Source: Polyangiaceae bacterium
GTDB taxonomy: Bacteria > Myxococcota_A > Polyangia > Polyangiales > Polyangiaceae
Direction: 5' to 3'
Assembly: GCA_044376115.1 (NCBI GenBank)
Contig: JBILLK010000012.1
Span: 96,001 to 160,000 of the forward strand
Length of the DNA stretch: 64,000 bases
A model generated the notes under the pieces. It saw nothing but the letters and a program-made list of their open reading frames with translations. It was not told the DNA's origin and searched no databases. The translations under genes were made by a program, and so were the position numbers. Positions 1 through 8,283 of this stretch are shown here, piece by piece; positions within the stretch are counted from its first letter, which is position 1, and every line of letters begins with the position of its first letter.

Positions 1-209
1 TCCTCGTCGAAGCCCTTCTCCGCGAGGTGACCACATTGCTCGCAAGGCCGAACGAAGTCGCGCAGCTCGGACAGTGCCCGACCTAGATCTCGCGGTACCC
101 CCTCGTCTCCCGATATCAGCGCGAGCGCATACCGTTGCGCCGTTTTCTCACCTACACCGGGGAGCTTCGAAAGCAACTGCACAACGCGCAACAAACGGTC
201 GGGAAACAT
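1..209 (-). CDS. recR: Recombination mediator RecR (5' part; runs off the window)
   Basis: Not in the ORF track. My translation from the ATG at 209 gives MFPDRLLRVVQLLSKLPGVGEKTAQRYAL...VRPCEQCGHL, i.e. the HhH LPGVGxKTA motif and the start of the C4 zinc finger. Lies directly downstream of ybaB. Confidence 0.93.
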   Translation of the reverse strand, partial: MFPDRLLRVVQLLSKLPGVGEKTAQRYALALISGDEGVPRDLGRALSELRDFVRPCEQCGHLAEKGFDE

Positions 210-252
210 CGCTTAGCGAGTCTGTAGGAGGGAGCCAAAGCGCGAGCGCGCT

Positions 253-567
253 TTACATCCCCGGGATCTTGAGGCCGCCGGTGATCTTGTTCAGTTCGCC
301 TTCGACCTTCTTGTCCGCTTCCTCCAGAGCCGCGTTTGCAGCAGCAACAACTGAATCCATCGCCAGCTCGACGTCCTCTTTCAGGAAGTCGGGGTCGATC
401 GTGATCGCCCGCAATTTGCCTTCGCAAGTGACGACAACCTTGACCTTGTCGCTGGCAGCGGAGGCGCTCACTTCTTCGTCTTTGAGCTGAGCTTTACGCT
501 CGTCAATTTTACGCTGCATGCGCGAGGCTTGGCGCATCAGCTCATTCATTCCGCCGCGAAACTGCAT
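253..567 (-). CDS. ybaB: YbaB/EbfC family nucleoid-associated protein
   Basis: C-terminal 104 aa of ORF 253..1563: MQFRGGMNELMRQASRMQRKI...VKVVVTCEG...IDPD...AAANAAL...ITGGLKIPGM. Adjacent to recR. Confidence 0.93.
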   Translation of the reverse strand: MQFRGGMNELMRQASRMQRKIDERKAQLKDEEVSASAASDKVKVVVTCEGKLRAITIDPDFLKEDVELAMDSVVAAANAALEEADKKVEGELNKITGGLKIPGM

Positions 568-645
568 GGTCGGGCGAAACTGCCGAAAAGCTGAGCTGGC
601 GGCAACCTTGAAACGTCCGCCCCGGGCGAATTTCAACCCAAGGTT

Positions 646-671
646 GATGCAACAAACAGAATGACTCGTGC
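646..671 (+). repeat. 26-bp intergenic repeat, copy 1 (GATGCAACAAACAGAATGACTCGTGC)
   Basis: 24/26 identical to 5267-5292; a partial inverted copy lies at 5339-5353. Confidence 0.8.
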
Positions 672-720
672 ACCGCGCGGCCGACTGGCCCGGCGACCGC
701 GCTTCGTGTACAGCCCTGGC

Positions 721-2868
721 ATGAGCTACGTGGTGCTTGCTCGAAAATGGCGGCCGATGACGTTCGCCGACCTTGTGGGGCAGGAGCACGTAGCGAAAAC
801 GCTGGGAAATGCCATCCAGCTGGGGCGCGTCGCCCACGCCTTTCTGTTTACTGGCGTCCGCGGGGTCGGCAAGACCACGAGTGCGCGCATCCTGGCCAAG
901 GCGCTCAACTGCGCGAATGGCCCGACCGTCACGCCGTGCTTGACCTGCCCGCAGTGCTTGGAGATCGCCCAAGGCACCGATTTGGACGTTCAGGAGATCG
1001 ATGCGGCCAGCCGCACCGGCGTGGATGATATCCGCGAGCTGCAGGAGACCCTCGCCTACCGGCCGACCCGGGACCGCTTCAAGGTCTTCATCGTGGACGA
1101 GGTCCACATGCTCTCCAACAACGCGTGGAACGCCTTCCTCAAGACGCTCGAGGAGCCGCCCGCCCACGTGAAGTTCATCTTCGCGACCACCGAGGTCAAC
1201 AAGGTCCCGGTCACCATCCTTTCGCGCTGCCAGCGTTACGACTTCAAGCTGATCGACGTCGCGACCATTCAGCAGCGGCTGAGCTACGTGCTGCAGCAAG
1301 AGGGTCTTACAGCCGAGGAGGGCGCCTTGCAGATTTTGGCGCGAGAGTCGGCGGGCAGCATGCGTGACGGCATGAGCCTTTTGGATCAGGTGATCGCCTG
1401 GTCCGGCGGCGATGCGATCACCACCGCCGCTGTCGCGCGAGCGCTTGGCGTGGCGGAAACGGCGGCTTTGATGGGTCTCGTGCGTGCGCTGGTCAGCGGC
1501 GACGCCGCTCGCTGCCTCGAGATCGTGCACGAGCTTACAGACTCTGGTCACGATGTTGCGCACCTCGCGCGTGACATCCTCGGCCTGTTACGGGACCTGG
1601 TGGTTGCGCGCGTCGCACCGTCTTCACGCGGGCTGCTCGCGCTTCCTGAAGCGGAGGTGGCCGAGCTCAAGACCATCGCTGGGGAGGCGCCTTCCACGGA
1701 CGATCTGTCGCGGCTTCACTTGGTGTTCGCCAAAGCCACCGAAGAGATCTTGGAGTCACCGTTACCGCGCGCCTCGCTCGAGATGGCGCTGGTGCGCGTC
1801 GCCCGCAGGCCCCCCTTGCTCGCGATCGACGATCTGTTGCGCCGCCTCGGAGAGCTTGAAGGGCGTCTCGAGGCAGCCCGCTCCGGCGGCGGTGCACGCC
1901 GTGAAGAGCGTGCACGACCGCGCGGCAAACCGGCGCCCTCCTCGGGCGATCCCGAGCCAGGGGACGACTTCTTCCAGGGACCAAGTTACGAGCAGACCGT
2001 CAGCGCGCCCGCTCGCTTCGAGCCTGCGGCATCAACGTTCCAAGCTCCACCGCAGCCAACCTTCCAAGCTCCACCGCAGCCAACGTTCCAAGCTCCGCCG
2101 CCACGCGCACCCGAAGCGGGTCCAGCACCTGCTCGACCCAGTTTCGCAAGTGAAGCCGCTGCCTTTGGAACGCCGATGGGAACGCAGCCGGCGGTGTTCA
2201 CGATTCCGGCGAGCGTGCTCGCCAAAGCCAACGGCCAGGTCGAGAGTGAGGACTTCGACGGTCCGCCGCCCAGCTCACGCGCTGAGCCACCGCGCTCAAA
2301 GCCCCCCGCCTCCTTCCCAGCGCCTGCTCCACGCCCAGCGGTGCCCTCCGGCCCACCGCCGATCCTCGACCCCAACGCTCCGGAGTTGCTCGAATACGCG
2401 CGCTTCGTCGACCAGTTGCGACACCGAAATTCGCGGCTCTCGAGCCTGCTCGAGCGAGTGGCGCTGTTCGCCTTCGATGCCACGCGCCTCGCCGTGCACG
2501 TGGACCCGCAGTCGTTCGAGGGCAACCTGCTGCTCGACGCGGATACCCGCAAGACGGTGGAAGCGGCCTTGGTGGACATGCACGGTCCGGAGGCGAAGTT
2601 CGAACTGGTCGAGGGCGCGCGGGACGAGCGGGCGCCGACATTGGCGCTATTGGCTAATCGCGCAAGCGTGGCGCGCTCGAGTGAACTCGATGAAAAGGTG
2701 CGTAAGCACCCCTTGGTCGCGGCCCTCGTCTCCTCGTTATCGGCGGAGATTCGTGACGTCCGCGTGGTGAGTGAGGCCTCGACCGAGACGCTCAGCGAGA
2801 TGCTGCTACGCACTCGCGAGGAGGCCGCTAAAGCGACTGACGCTGTCGGCGACGCAGCAGCCCCGTAG
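721..2868 (+). CDS. dnaX: DNA polymerase III subunit gamma/tau
   Basis: MSYVVLARKWRP start, Walker A GVRGVGKTT, zinc-binding Cys cluster, DEVHML, LKTLEEPP, TILSRCQ, then a long Pro-rich linker and a C-terminal domain. Confidence 0.97.
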   Translation: MSYVVLARKWRPMTFADLVGQEHVAKTLGNAIQLGRVAHAFLFTGVRGVGKTTSARILAKALNCANGPTVTPCLTCPQCLEIAQGTDLDVQEIDAASRTGVDDIRELQETLAYRPTRDRFKVFIVDEVHMLSNNAWNAFLKTLEEPPAHVKFIFATTEVNKVPVTILSRCQRYDFKLIDVATIQQRLSYVLQQEGLTAEEGALQILARESAGSMRDGMSLLDQVIAWSGGDAITTAAVARALGVAETAALMGLVRALVSGDAARCLEIVHELTDSGHDVAHLARDILGLLRDLVVARVAPSSRGLLALPEAEVAELKTIAGEAPSTDDLSRLHLVFAKATEEILESPLPRASLEMALVRVARRPPLLAIDDLLRRLGELEGRLEAARSGGGARREERARPRGKPAPSSGDPEPGDDFFQGPSYEQTVSAPARFEPAASTFQAPPQPTFQAPPQPTFQAPPPRAPEAGPAPARPSFASEAAAFGTPMGTQPAVFTIPASVLAKANGQVESEDFDGPPPSSRAEPPRSKPPASFPAPAPRPAVPSGPPPILDPNAPELLEYARFVDQLRHRNSRLSSLLERVALFAFDATRLAVHVDPQSFEGNLLLDADTRKTVEAALVDMHGPEAKFELVEGARDERAPTLALLANRASVARSSELDEKVRKHPLVAALVSSLSAEIRDVRVVSEASTETLSEMLLRTREEAAKATDAVGDAAAP
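2034..2100 (+). repeat. In-frame 24-bp tandem repeat (about 2.8 copies, TFQAPPQP) in the DnaX linker
   Basis: aacgttccaagctccaccgcagcc / aaccttccaagctccaccgcagcc / aacgttccaagctccgccg. Confidence 0.9.
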
Positions 2869-4234
2869 CGAACAACCCGAGCGCGAGCCAACCCAACCCC
2901 GGCCGAGTTGAACCGGCGGCGCGACAATCACAGCCGTCCTCCCCGGGCTCATCCGACTCGGCAGCGCCACCGCCGCTCCCTCCGCCGCCTTCCGAGCTTT
3001 CCTCGATCACCTGGACGCGCAACTGCACCGTTCGTTCGGCCTCGTCGGGGTCGTTGCTGGCGATCACCACTGAGCCCACGAACACGCCGGCTTGCTCACC
3101 CGTGAAAGAAACAGCAAGGTCCGCGGTGGTTACCCCCGGATCGATCGAGAGGGTGCTCGCCTCGAGAGCAAAGCCTCCGGTCACGGCCAAGGTGCCCGTC
3201 AAATTCTCCTCGCCCTCATTGCGCAGCGGCAAAGAAGCCGTGGCCGTCTCCCCGACCACGATACTTCCGAGATTGAGCACGAACTCCGAGCCCACATCCT
3301 CCTCATGACCGTCCTGGATCGCAATATCCGGTAGCGGCACATGCACCGTCACAGGATCAAACGTCCAATCCTTTTGCACGAACTCGAAGGGGATGGGAAT
3401 GTCAGCGATCGGGATGCTGAAGTCGGGCCCGATGGTATCGATGTAAAAATTGGGCACCAGGTGCAGCGTACCCACATAAACGACCTCGCCGATCGGCTGG
3501 ACATCGAAGTCGACGGAGCCACCCCCGGCGAAATCGTCGAACGAAAGACCATCCTCCTCAATGATGGCCCCGCCTGCTACCGACGCATTCTGGCCCGTAC
3601 GCAGTAGGCGCACCTCGTTGGTTCGATAGCTGGCCTCTAAATCTACATAGGTATCCAGCGCGAAACCCCCGCTCAGCCCAGGGATGTTGATGCCGATGAA
3701 GTCGGTCACGTCCACTTGTGCCAGCGTCTGTTGCATCGTCGAGCCGCTCACCGACACGCCGTCGAAGGCCCACGGGTCGAAGGCGTTATTGGCCTCTACC
3801 TGAAAGTCGAACTGAGGCACGAACGGGATGGCCCCCGTCCAGTTATACGTTTGCCCGAGCACCTGCACCGTGACCGAGGCTTCAGCGCCGATGTCTACGC
3901 CGTAGTGAATCCCCAGGTTGCCTGCCCCTTCCGTGCCCGGCGTCGCCAAGGTCAATGCCTCCGGCCAGGTGGTCTCGAGCCGGCCGCCAAGATCAACCGA
4001 TGTCTCCGCGTAAAGTTGCGCGAACAAATGCACCTGCAACGGCGAGTTCGCCGGCACCCAGCCTGTGTCGAAACCGCCTTGGATCGGCAGCTCGATCAGC
4101 TTGCTGAAGGCCACGTCGGCCGTTTCACAGCGAGGCTGCTCGGGGGCGCAGCGTTGCGCCAGTTCCACCGCGAAGGCCTCGTTGCTGAGCGCAACCAGGG
4201 GCACCAAAACCGCGAGCAAAAGACAAGACCGCAT
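2828..4234 (-). CDS. Secreted protein with an ASH/Ig-like domain and a MYXO-CTERM sorting signal
   Basis: Signal peptide MRSCLLLAVLVPLVALSNEAFA; an Ig-like segment LRNEGEENL...IASNDPDE; C-terminus GCDCRAAG-TM-RRRQR. Overlaps the dnaX 3' end convergently. Confidence 0.8.
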   Translation of the reverse strand: MRSCLLLAVLVPLVALSNEAFAVELAQRCAPEQPRCETADVAFSKLIELPIQGGFDTGWVPANSPLQVHLFAQLYAETSVDLGGRLETTWPEALTLATPGTEGAGNLGIHYGVDIGAEASVTVQVLGQTYNWTGAIPFVPQFDFQVEANNAFDPWAFDGVSVSGSTMQQTLAQVDVTDFIGINIPGLSGGFALDTYVDLEASYRTNEVRLLRTGQNASVAGGAIIEEDGLSFDDFAGGGSVDFDVQPIGEVVYVGTLHLVPNFYIDTIGPDFSIPIADIPIPFEFVQKDWTFDPVTVHVPLPDIAIQDGHEEDVGSEFVLNLGSIVVGETATASLPLRNEGEENLTGTLAVTGGFALEASTLSIDPGVTTADLAVSFTGEQAGVFVGSVVIASNDPDEAERTVQLRVQVIEESSEGGGGSGGGAAESDEPGEDGCDCRAAGSTRPGLGWLALGLFATGLLRRRQRQSL

Positions 4235-4454
4235 CGGCCGATTGCACGACATATCGTGGGTTCACGCAACGACAGAAACGGCGATTGGATGGGCTTCCGC
4301 TTCAATAGAAAGACCCTGTTCATAAGCTCATGCTGGAAAATTGAGGCGTCTTGAGGAATACTTCCGGTTTGGTGTGCGTGGTTCAGCTGGGTGCACCTGG
4401 GTCCTTGGCTAGAGTCGTCTTGCTTCGCGCGCTGCGCGATGAACCGGAGATCGA

Positions 4455-5201
4455 ATGAAGAACATTGCGTGGCTGGTGGTTGCGTCTTTTGCGATTGGCG
4501 CTGTTGCTTGCGGTGACAGCAGTTCCTCCACCACCACGGGTGGCGGCGGTAGCGGTGGGGAGAGCGCTGGCGGCAGCAACGCTGGTGGCGAGAATACTGG
4601 CGGCACCACCAACGGCCCGAATGGCCCTGGCCCCGGCGGCGGCGGTGCACCGGCATGCTCGGGTGGTGTTCTTGAGGAGCCGTGTGACGGCTGTCTTGTT
4701 GACTCCTGCTGTGCTGAGTACGCAGCTTGCGAGGCTGACGCAATTTGTGTGGATTGCATCACCGGAGGCCAAGACCCGGCCTGCGCCGACAACGCCGCTG
4801 CGGCGGACTTCGTTGGCTGCGCGCAGACCGCTTGTGAGGCCGAGTGCTTCCCGCCGAACGTGAACGAGTGCAACCCCGTCACCAACGACGGCTGCAATGC
4901 TGGCGCTGGCGAGGCCTGTGACTACAGCCAAACGGGCTTCGTTTGCTACCCCGAGCCCAACACGCTCGTACTTTGCGCCGATTGCACCGGTGGCGATGAC
5001 TTCTGCGCAGGCGGAACGACTTGCGGAGCGGACGGCAAGTGCGCCAAGTTCTGCTGTGATGACGGGGATTGCACCGCTGGCTCCACCTGCTCGCTGGACG
5101 GCCAGACTGGCGCCGGGACTTGCGTAACGGGTGAGGCCTCGGACTGCACGGCGCCCCTTCAGTCACCCTCCAACGGTTCCTGCGTCACCGTTGGCGGCTG
5201 A
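4455..5201 (+). CDS. Cys-rich myxobacterial lipoprotein
   Basis: GGAG RBS, lipobox AVAC, Gly/Ser/Thr linker, then about 28 Cys. Confidence 0.85.
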   Translation: MKNIAWLVVASFAIGAVACGDSSSSTTTGGGGSGGESAGGSNAGGENTGGTTNGPNGPGPGGGGAPACSGGVLEEPCDGCLVDSCCAEYAACEADAICVDCITGGQDPACADNAAAADFVGCAQTACEAECFPPNVNECNPVTNDGCNAGAGEACDYSQTGFVCYPEPNTLVLCADCTGGDDFCAGGTTCGADGKCAKFCCDDGDCTAGSTCSLDGQTGAGTCVTGEASDCTAPLQSPSNGSCVTVGG

Positions 5202-5219
5202 GAATCAGTAGAATGATCG

Positions 5220-5255
5220 ACCGCCGTGTGGGTAACCACACGGCGGTTTGCTTTT
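5220..5255 (+). terminator. Intrinsic terminator
   Basis: Perfect 12-bp stem ACCGCCGTGTGG-GTAA-CCACACGGCGGT followed by TTGCTTTT, 18 nt after the lipoprotein stop. Confidence 0.85.
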
Positions 5256-5266
5256 CGCCGAAGGCG

Positions 5267-5292
5267 GATGCAGCGAACAGAATGACTCGTGC
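5267..5292 (+). repeat. 26-bp intergenic repeat, copy 2 (GATGCAGCGAACAGAATGACTCGTGC)
   Basis: 24/26 identical to 646-671. Its 3' half forms a perfect 13-bp inverted repeat (5281-5293) with 5338-5350. Confidence 0.8.
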
Positions 5293-5436
5293 CCTCTTCG
5301 TGAAGAACGGCCGAAGGCCCGGTTCGACCCTCGACTTGGCACGAGTCATTTGTCGGCGTGCCAAAGCCCGGGACAAAAACAACCTTTTGACCTCCTTTGA
5401 TGCGTAGCTAGAGCAGCGGCCGAGCATTCTCCAACG

Positions 5437-8283
5437 GTGAGCGCTGGAGACGATGACAGCTTCCAGGAGGACGACCTCCTTCGCGAGCTGGCCTCGGCAC
5501 CGGCGCTCTCTCCGCCGGCACTGCCCCGCCCTGGTGATACCTTCGGACGATTTCGTATCAGCCACCGGCTCGGCAGCGGAGCTAGCGGAGTGGTGTTCGC
5601 TGCGACCGACGTGGTGCTTGGCCGTGAGGTAGCGATCAAGGTGCTCGTGCTCGATCCAACGCGAGCCCGGAAGCAAGTCCTGCTCGAAGCGCGCGCCGCT
5701 GCGCGAATTAGCCACCCTGGCGTGGCTTCGCTCTATGACGTCATCGAGCAAAGCGGCTCCCTCGCGCTCGTCCTTGAACGAGTTAGCGGAAGCACCTTGC
5801 GCGAGCTGCTTCAAGCGCACGGTCCACTATCGGAGCAGCGTGCAGTAGAGCTCATTCACCAAGCCGCGCTGGCCGTCGCCGCAGCGCATGCGGTCGGCAT
5901 CCTGCATCGCGACCTCAAACCCGAGAACATCATGGTCACCGACAGCGGGCTAATCAAGCTGCTCGACTTCGGACTCGCGGCGGCCACAGGGCGAACACCT
6001 TGTAACCCGGCCGGCACACGCGGGTACCTCGCGCCGGAGGCCCTACTTGGGAATGCCAATGAGGCGAGTGACCAATACGCATTAGGCGTTATCTTCATCG
6101 AGGCTCTTACCGGCAAAAGGCCAAGCAACGCCCAGCTTCTGACCGGTCTTTCGCCCCGACTTGCATCGATCGTACGACGCGCGTTGGCGAGTTCGGCCTA
6201 TCAACGTTATCCCAGCGTTGAAGCCTTCGCCGCAGCGCTCATGGCGAAGCGAGAAAGCACGGTACCCAAAGCTCTGGCGTCGCTCGCGGTTTCAGCCCTC
6301 GCGCTAATCAGCCTATCAGGCGACGTTGGTGACACGCATCGCGCATTCGCTAGTTCGAGCCCCACGGTGACCCCAACACGAGTTGAACGCACAGCATGTC
6401 CCCCACTCTTCACGAGCGAGGCAGATCAGCGGTGGCTAGGAGCGGCCGCAGCTAATATCCTATGCAAACAGGCCCGCAGCCTGCTCGGCGGCAGTCGAGG
6501 GCGGGCTGTCCCGCCGGCAGAGCTACTCGACCTTCCTGCTTCGCCGAGCCCTGATTTCCCGCGTGATCCTTTCTCCGCTCCAGAGGCCCGTGAACGCGCT
6601 CGTACGGCTGCACGCGAGCATGAGCCGGCGACCACCCTCGTGCTTGACGGTACCTTGGCGCGCAGTGGTGGCATGTTTGAAGTCACGCTGCGCGCCGAGC
6701 GTTCGGGGATCTTGGTTGGCCGCTCCGAAGGCCGAGGAACGTTGGCCGAAGCGAGCGCCCAAGCCATCGAAGAGCTCGCGCGTGACGGCGTGCTCCCGAT
6801 CGCCGAAGCACCGGACAACGCCGACTTAGGCGCCGCTTTCACACCGCTCGAGCTCGCGGAACTCTCCTTTGCAGAGGCGGCCCTCGCCACCGGTGGCTCT
6901 CTCGCGGAGGCACGCAGACGGCTCGCCCCGCTGCGTTCACGCGACGCCGATGCCACGTTGATGGATTCGCTATTAGCCAAAGGCCTCGGACTACGCGATA
7001 CGCTCGCTGCGCCGCCAGTCGACGAGACCGACGCTAGTACGTTGGCAAAGTCGGCGACCGCACACGCACTGATGGGCGGCTCGAGCGCGCCTAGCTCACT
7101 TGCGGCCCTCATCGAAGAACGCAGGTTTGATAACACATTAGCGTCTACCGAGCTCGAGCTCTTGCGGGCCGAAGCACTGCTGCGCATGTTGGCTGGCGAA
7201 CGAGGCCCAGCGAGGGCGCTGGCGCTCGCGGCAGCACTGGCGGCTCCTCTCGACGCGCCCTGGAGCGTGCTCGCCCATACAAGCTTTGGTCGCCCCGAGT
7301 TCAAGACCGTGTCGCGCGCCCAATGCGCCTGGTCTCCAGAGGTCGCCGACGCCTGGAACATCGCCGCCTTCGTCGACACCGACGAGAGCCAACGTGCGGC
7401 TTGGCTCGAGCGCGCCTACCTCCTCAGTGACGGCTATCCCCTGTATGCGGGCAACTACGGTACTTGGCTATTGATTGACGGCCGGCTCGATGAAGCGCGC
7501 GGGGTGATTGCGCGATTGCGGGTCGGATCGCCAGGACAACGAGTCGCTGCGAGTCGCCTCTTGGTCGAGCTCGCGCTTGCAGAAGGCCGCGTTCTTGGAG
7601 CCTATGAAGAAGCCTGGCGCGCCCTGGGCGAACTCAGCACCATCGGCAGCATCGAGACCGGCGACATAGCGCTGGTGGCGCAAACAGTTGAGCTGGGTGT
7701 CCTCCTAGGTAAAGGGCCACAGACGGCCGAACGACTTGCTATCGAGTTCGTCTTCCCCGACCCACCAAAGCTCGACCCGGGCGCCTTCTCGCGTCAGGCG
7801 ATCGCACATGGTTGCGCCTACGCCGAGCGTCGCGTGGCTGAGCGCTGCTTCGCTCGGCTCGACGAGCTCACCCAACGCGGCTACTTCCCGATTCAAGACA
7901 CCGGCGATGCAGCCGCCTATGTTGAAGGCGCCCGGGCCTTTGCTGCGGGCGATCTCGAAGTATCGGGCGCCGCCTTTCGTCGAGTGCAATCCGAGCTGGG
8001 TGCGAAGGCCAGCGTAGCGGCGCTCGTGCTGGCCCAGCTAGGGGACATCGAGCGAGCCGACGCCATGGACCCACCTCGGCCCGGTACGATCGGCGGTATC
8101 TCCCTATCGCATTTGCGAGCGGCCAAACGAGCGTTTAGTGCGCATAACTGTGACCGCGCCCGACCGCTGGCCGAGCAAGCTTTGCGCGCCCTTCGCAACG
8201 TCGACGTCGAGTTCGAGGCGATGGAAGACATGCGCAAGATCGTGCGCGAATGCAAAGCGCCCTCTTCACCGAATAGCGATTAG
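5437..8283 (+). CDS. Membrane Ser/Thr protein kinase with a large helical/TPR-like C-terminal region
   Basis: GSGASGVV, VAIKVL, HRDLKPEN, DFG and GTRGYLAPE motifs; a hydrophobic segment follows the kinase domain. Confidence 0.92.
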   Translation: MSAGDDDSFQEDDLLRELASAPALSPPALPRPGDTFGRFRISHRLGSGASGVVFAATDVVLGREVAIKVLVLDPTRARKQVLLEARAAARISHPGVASLYDVIEQSGSLALVLERVSGSTLRELLQAHGPLSEQRAVELIHQAALAVAAAHAVGILHRDLKPENIMVTDSGLIKLLDFGLAAATGRTPCNPAGTRGYLAPEALLGNANEASDQYALGVIFIEALTGKRPSNAQLLTGLSPRLASIVRRALASSAYQRYPSVEAFAAALMAKRESTVPKALASLAVSALALISLSGDVGDTHRAFASSSPTVTPTRVERTACPPLFTSEADQRWLGAAAANILCKQARSLLGGSRGRAVPPAELLDLPASPSPDFPRDPFSAPEARERARTAAREHEPATTLVLDGTLARSGGMFEVTLRAERSGILVGRSEGRGTLAEASAQAIEELARDGVLPIAEAPDNADLGAAFTPLELAELSFAEAALATGGSLAEARRRLAPLRSRDADATLMDSLLAKGLGLRDTLAAPPVDETDASTLAKSATAHALMGGSSAPSSLAALIEERRFDNTLASTELELLRAEALLRMLAGERGPARALALAAALAAPLDAPWSVLAHTSFGRPEFKTVSRAQCAWSPEVADAWNIAAFVDTDESQRAAWLERAYLLSDGYPLYAGNYGTWLLIDGRLDEARGVIARLRVGSPGQRVAASRLLVELALAEGRVLGAYEEAWRALGELSTIGSIETGDIALVAQTVELGVLLGKGPQTAERLAIEFVFPDPPKLDPGAFSRQAIAHGCAYAERRVAERCFARLDELTQRGYFPIQDTGDAAAYVEGARAFAAGDLEVSGAAFRRVQSELGAKASVAALVLAQLGDIERADAMDPPRPGTIGGISLSHLRAAKRAFSAHNCDRARPLAEQALRALRNVDVEFEAMEDMRKIVRECKAPSSPNSD

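Noticed and set aside
686..700. TGGCCCG-N4-CCGC as a sigma-54 promoter for dnaX
   Set aside because: The spacing fits but the -12 element is poor; expected by chance at this GC content.
568..720. Possible SRP RNA (ffs) upstream of dnaX
   Set aside because: The conserved CAGG...GGAAG...AGCAG domain IV motif is not present on either strand.
568..1563. N-terminal 330 aa of ORF 253..1563 (-)
   Set aside because: Antisense shadow of dnaX; only the last 104 aa are YbaB.
721..2868. Programmed frameshift or slippage producing the gamma subunit
   Set aside because: No A-AAA-AAG heptamer or long A-run seen in dnaX.
5281..5350. tRNA gene (GGTTCGACC T-loop-like sequence)
   Set aside because: Arms too short, no 7-nt anticodon loop, D-loop GG or CCA; kept only as a structured element.
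5336..5364. TTGGCACG on both strands as sigma-54 promoters
   Set aside because: No GC at the -12 position in either direction.
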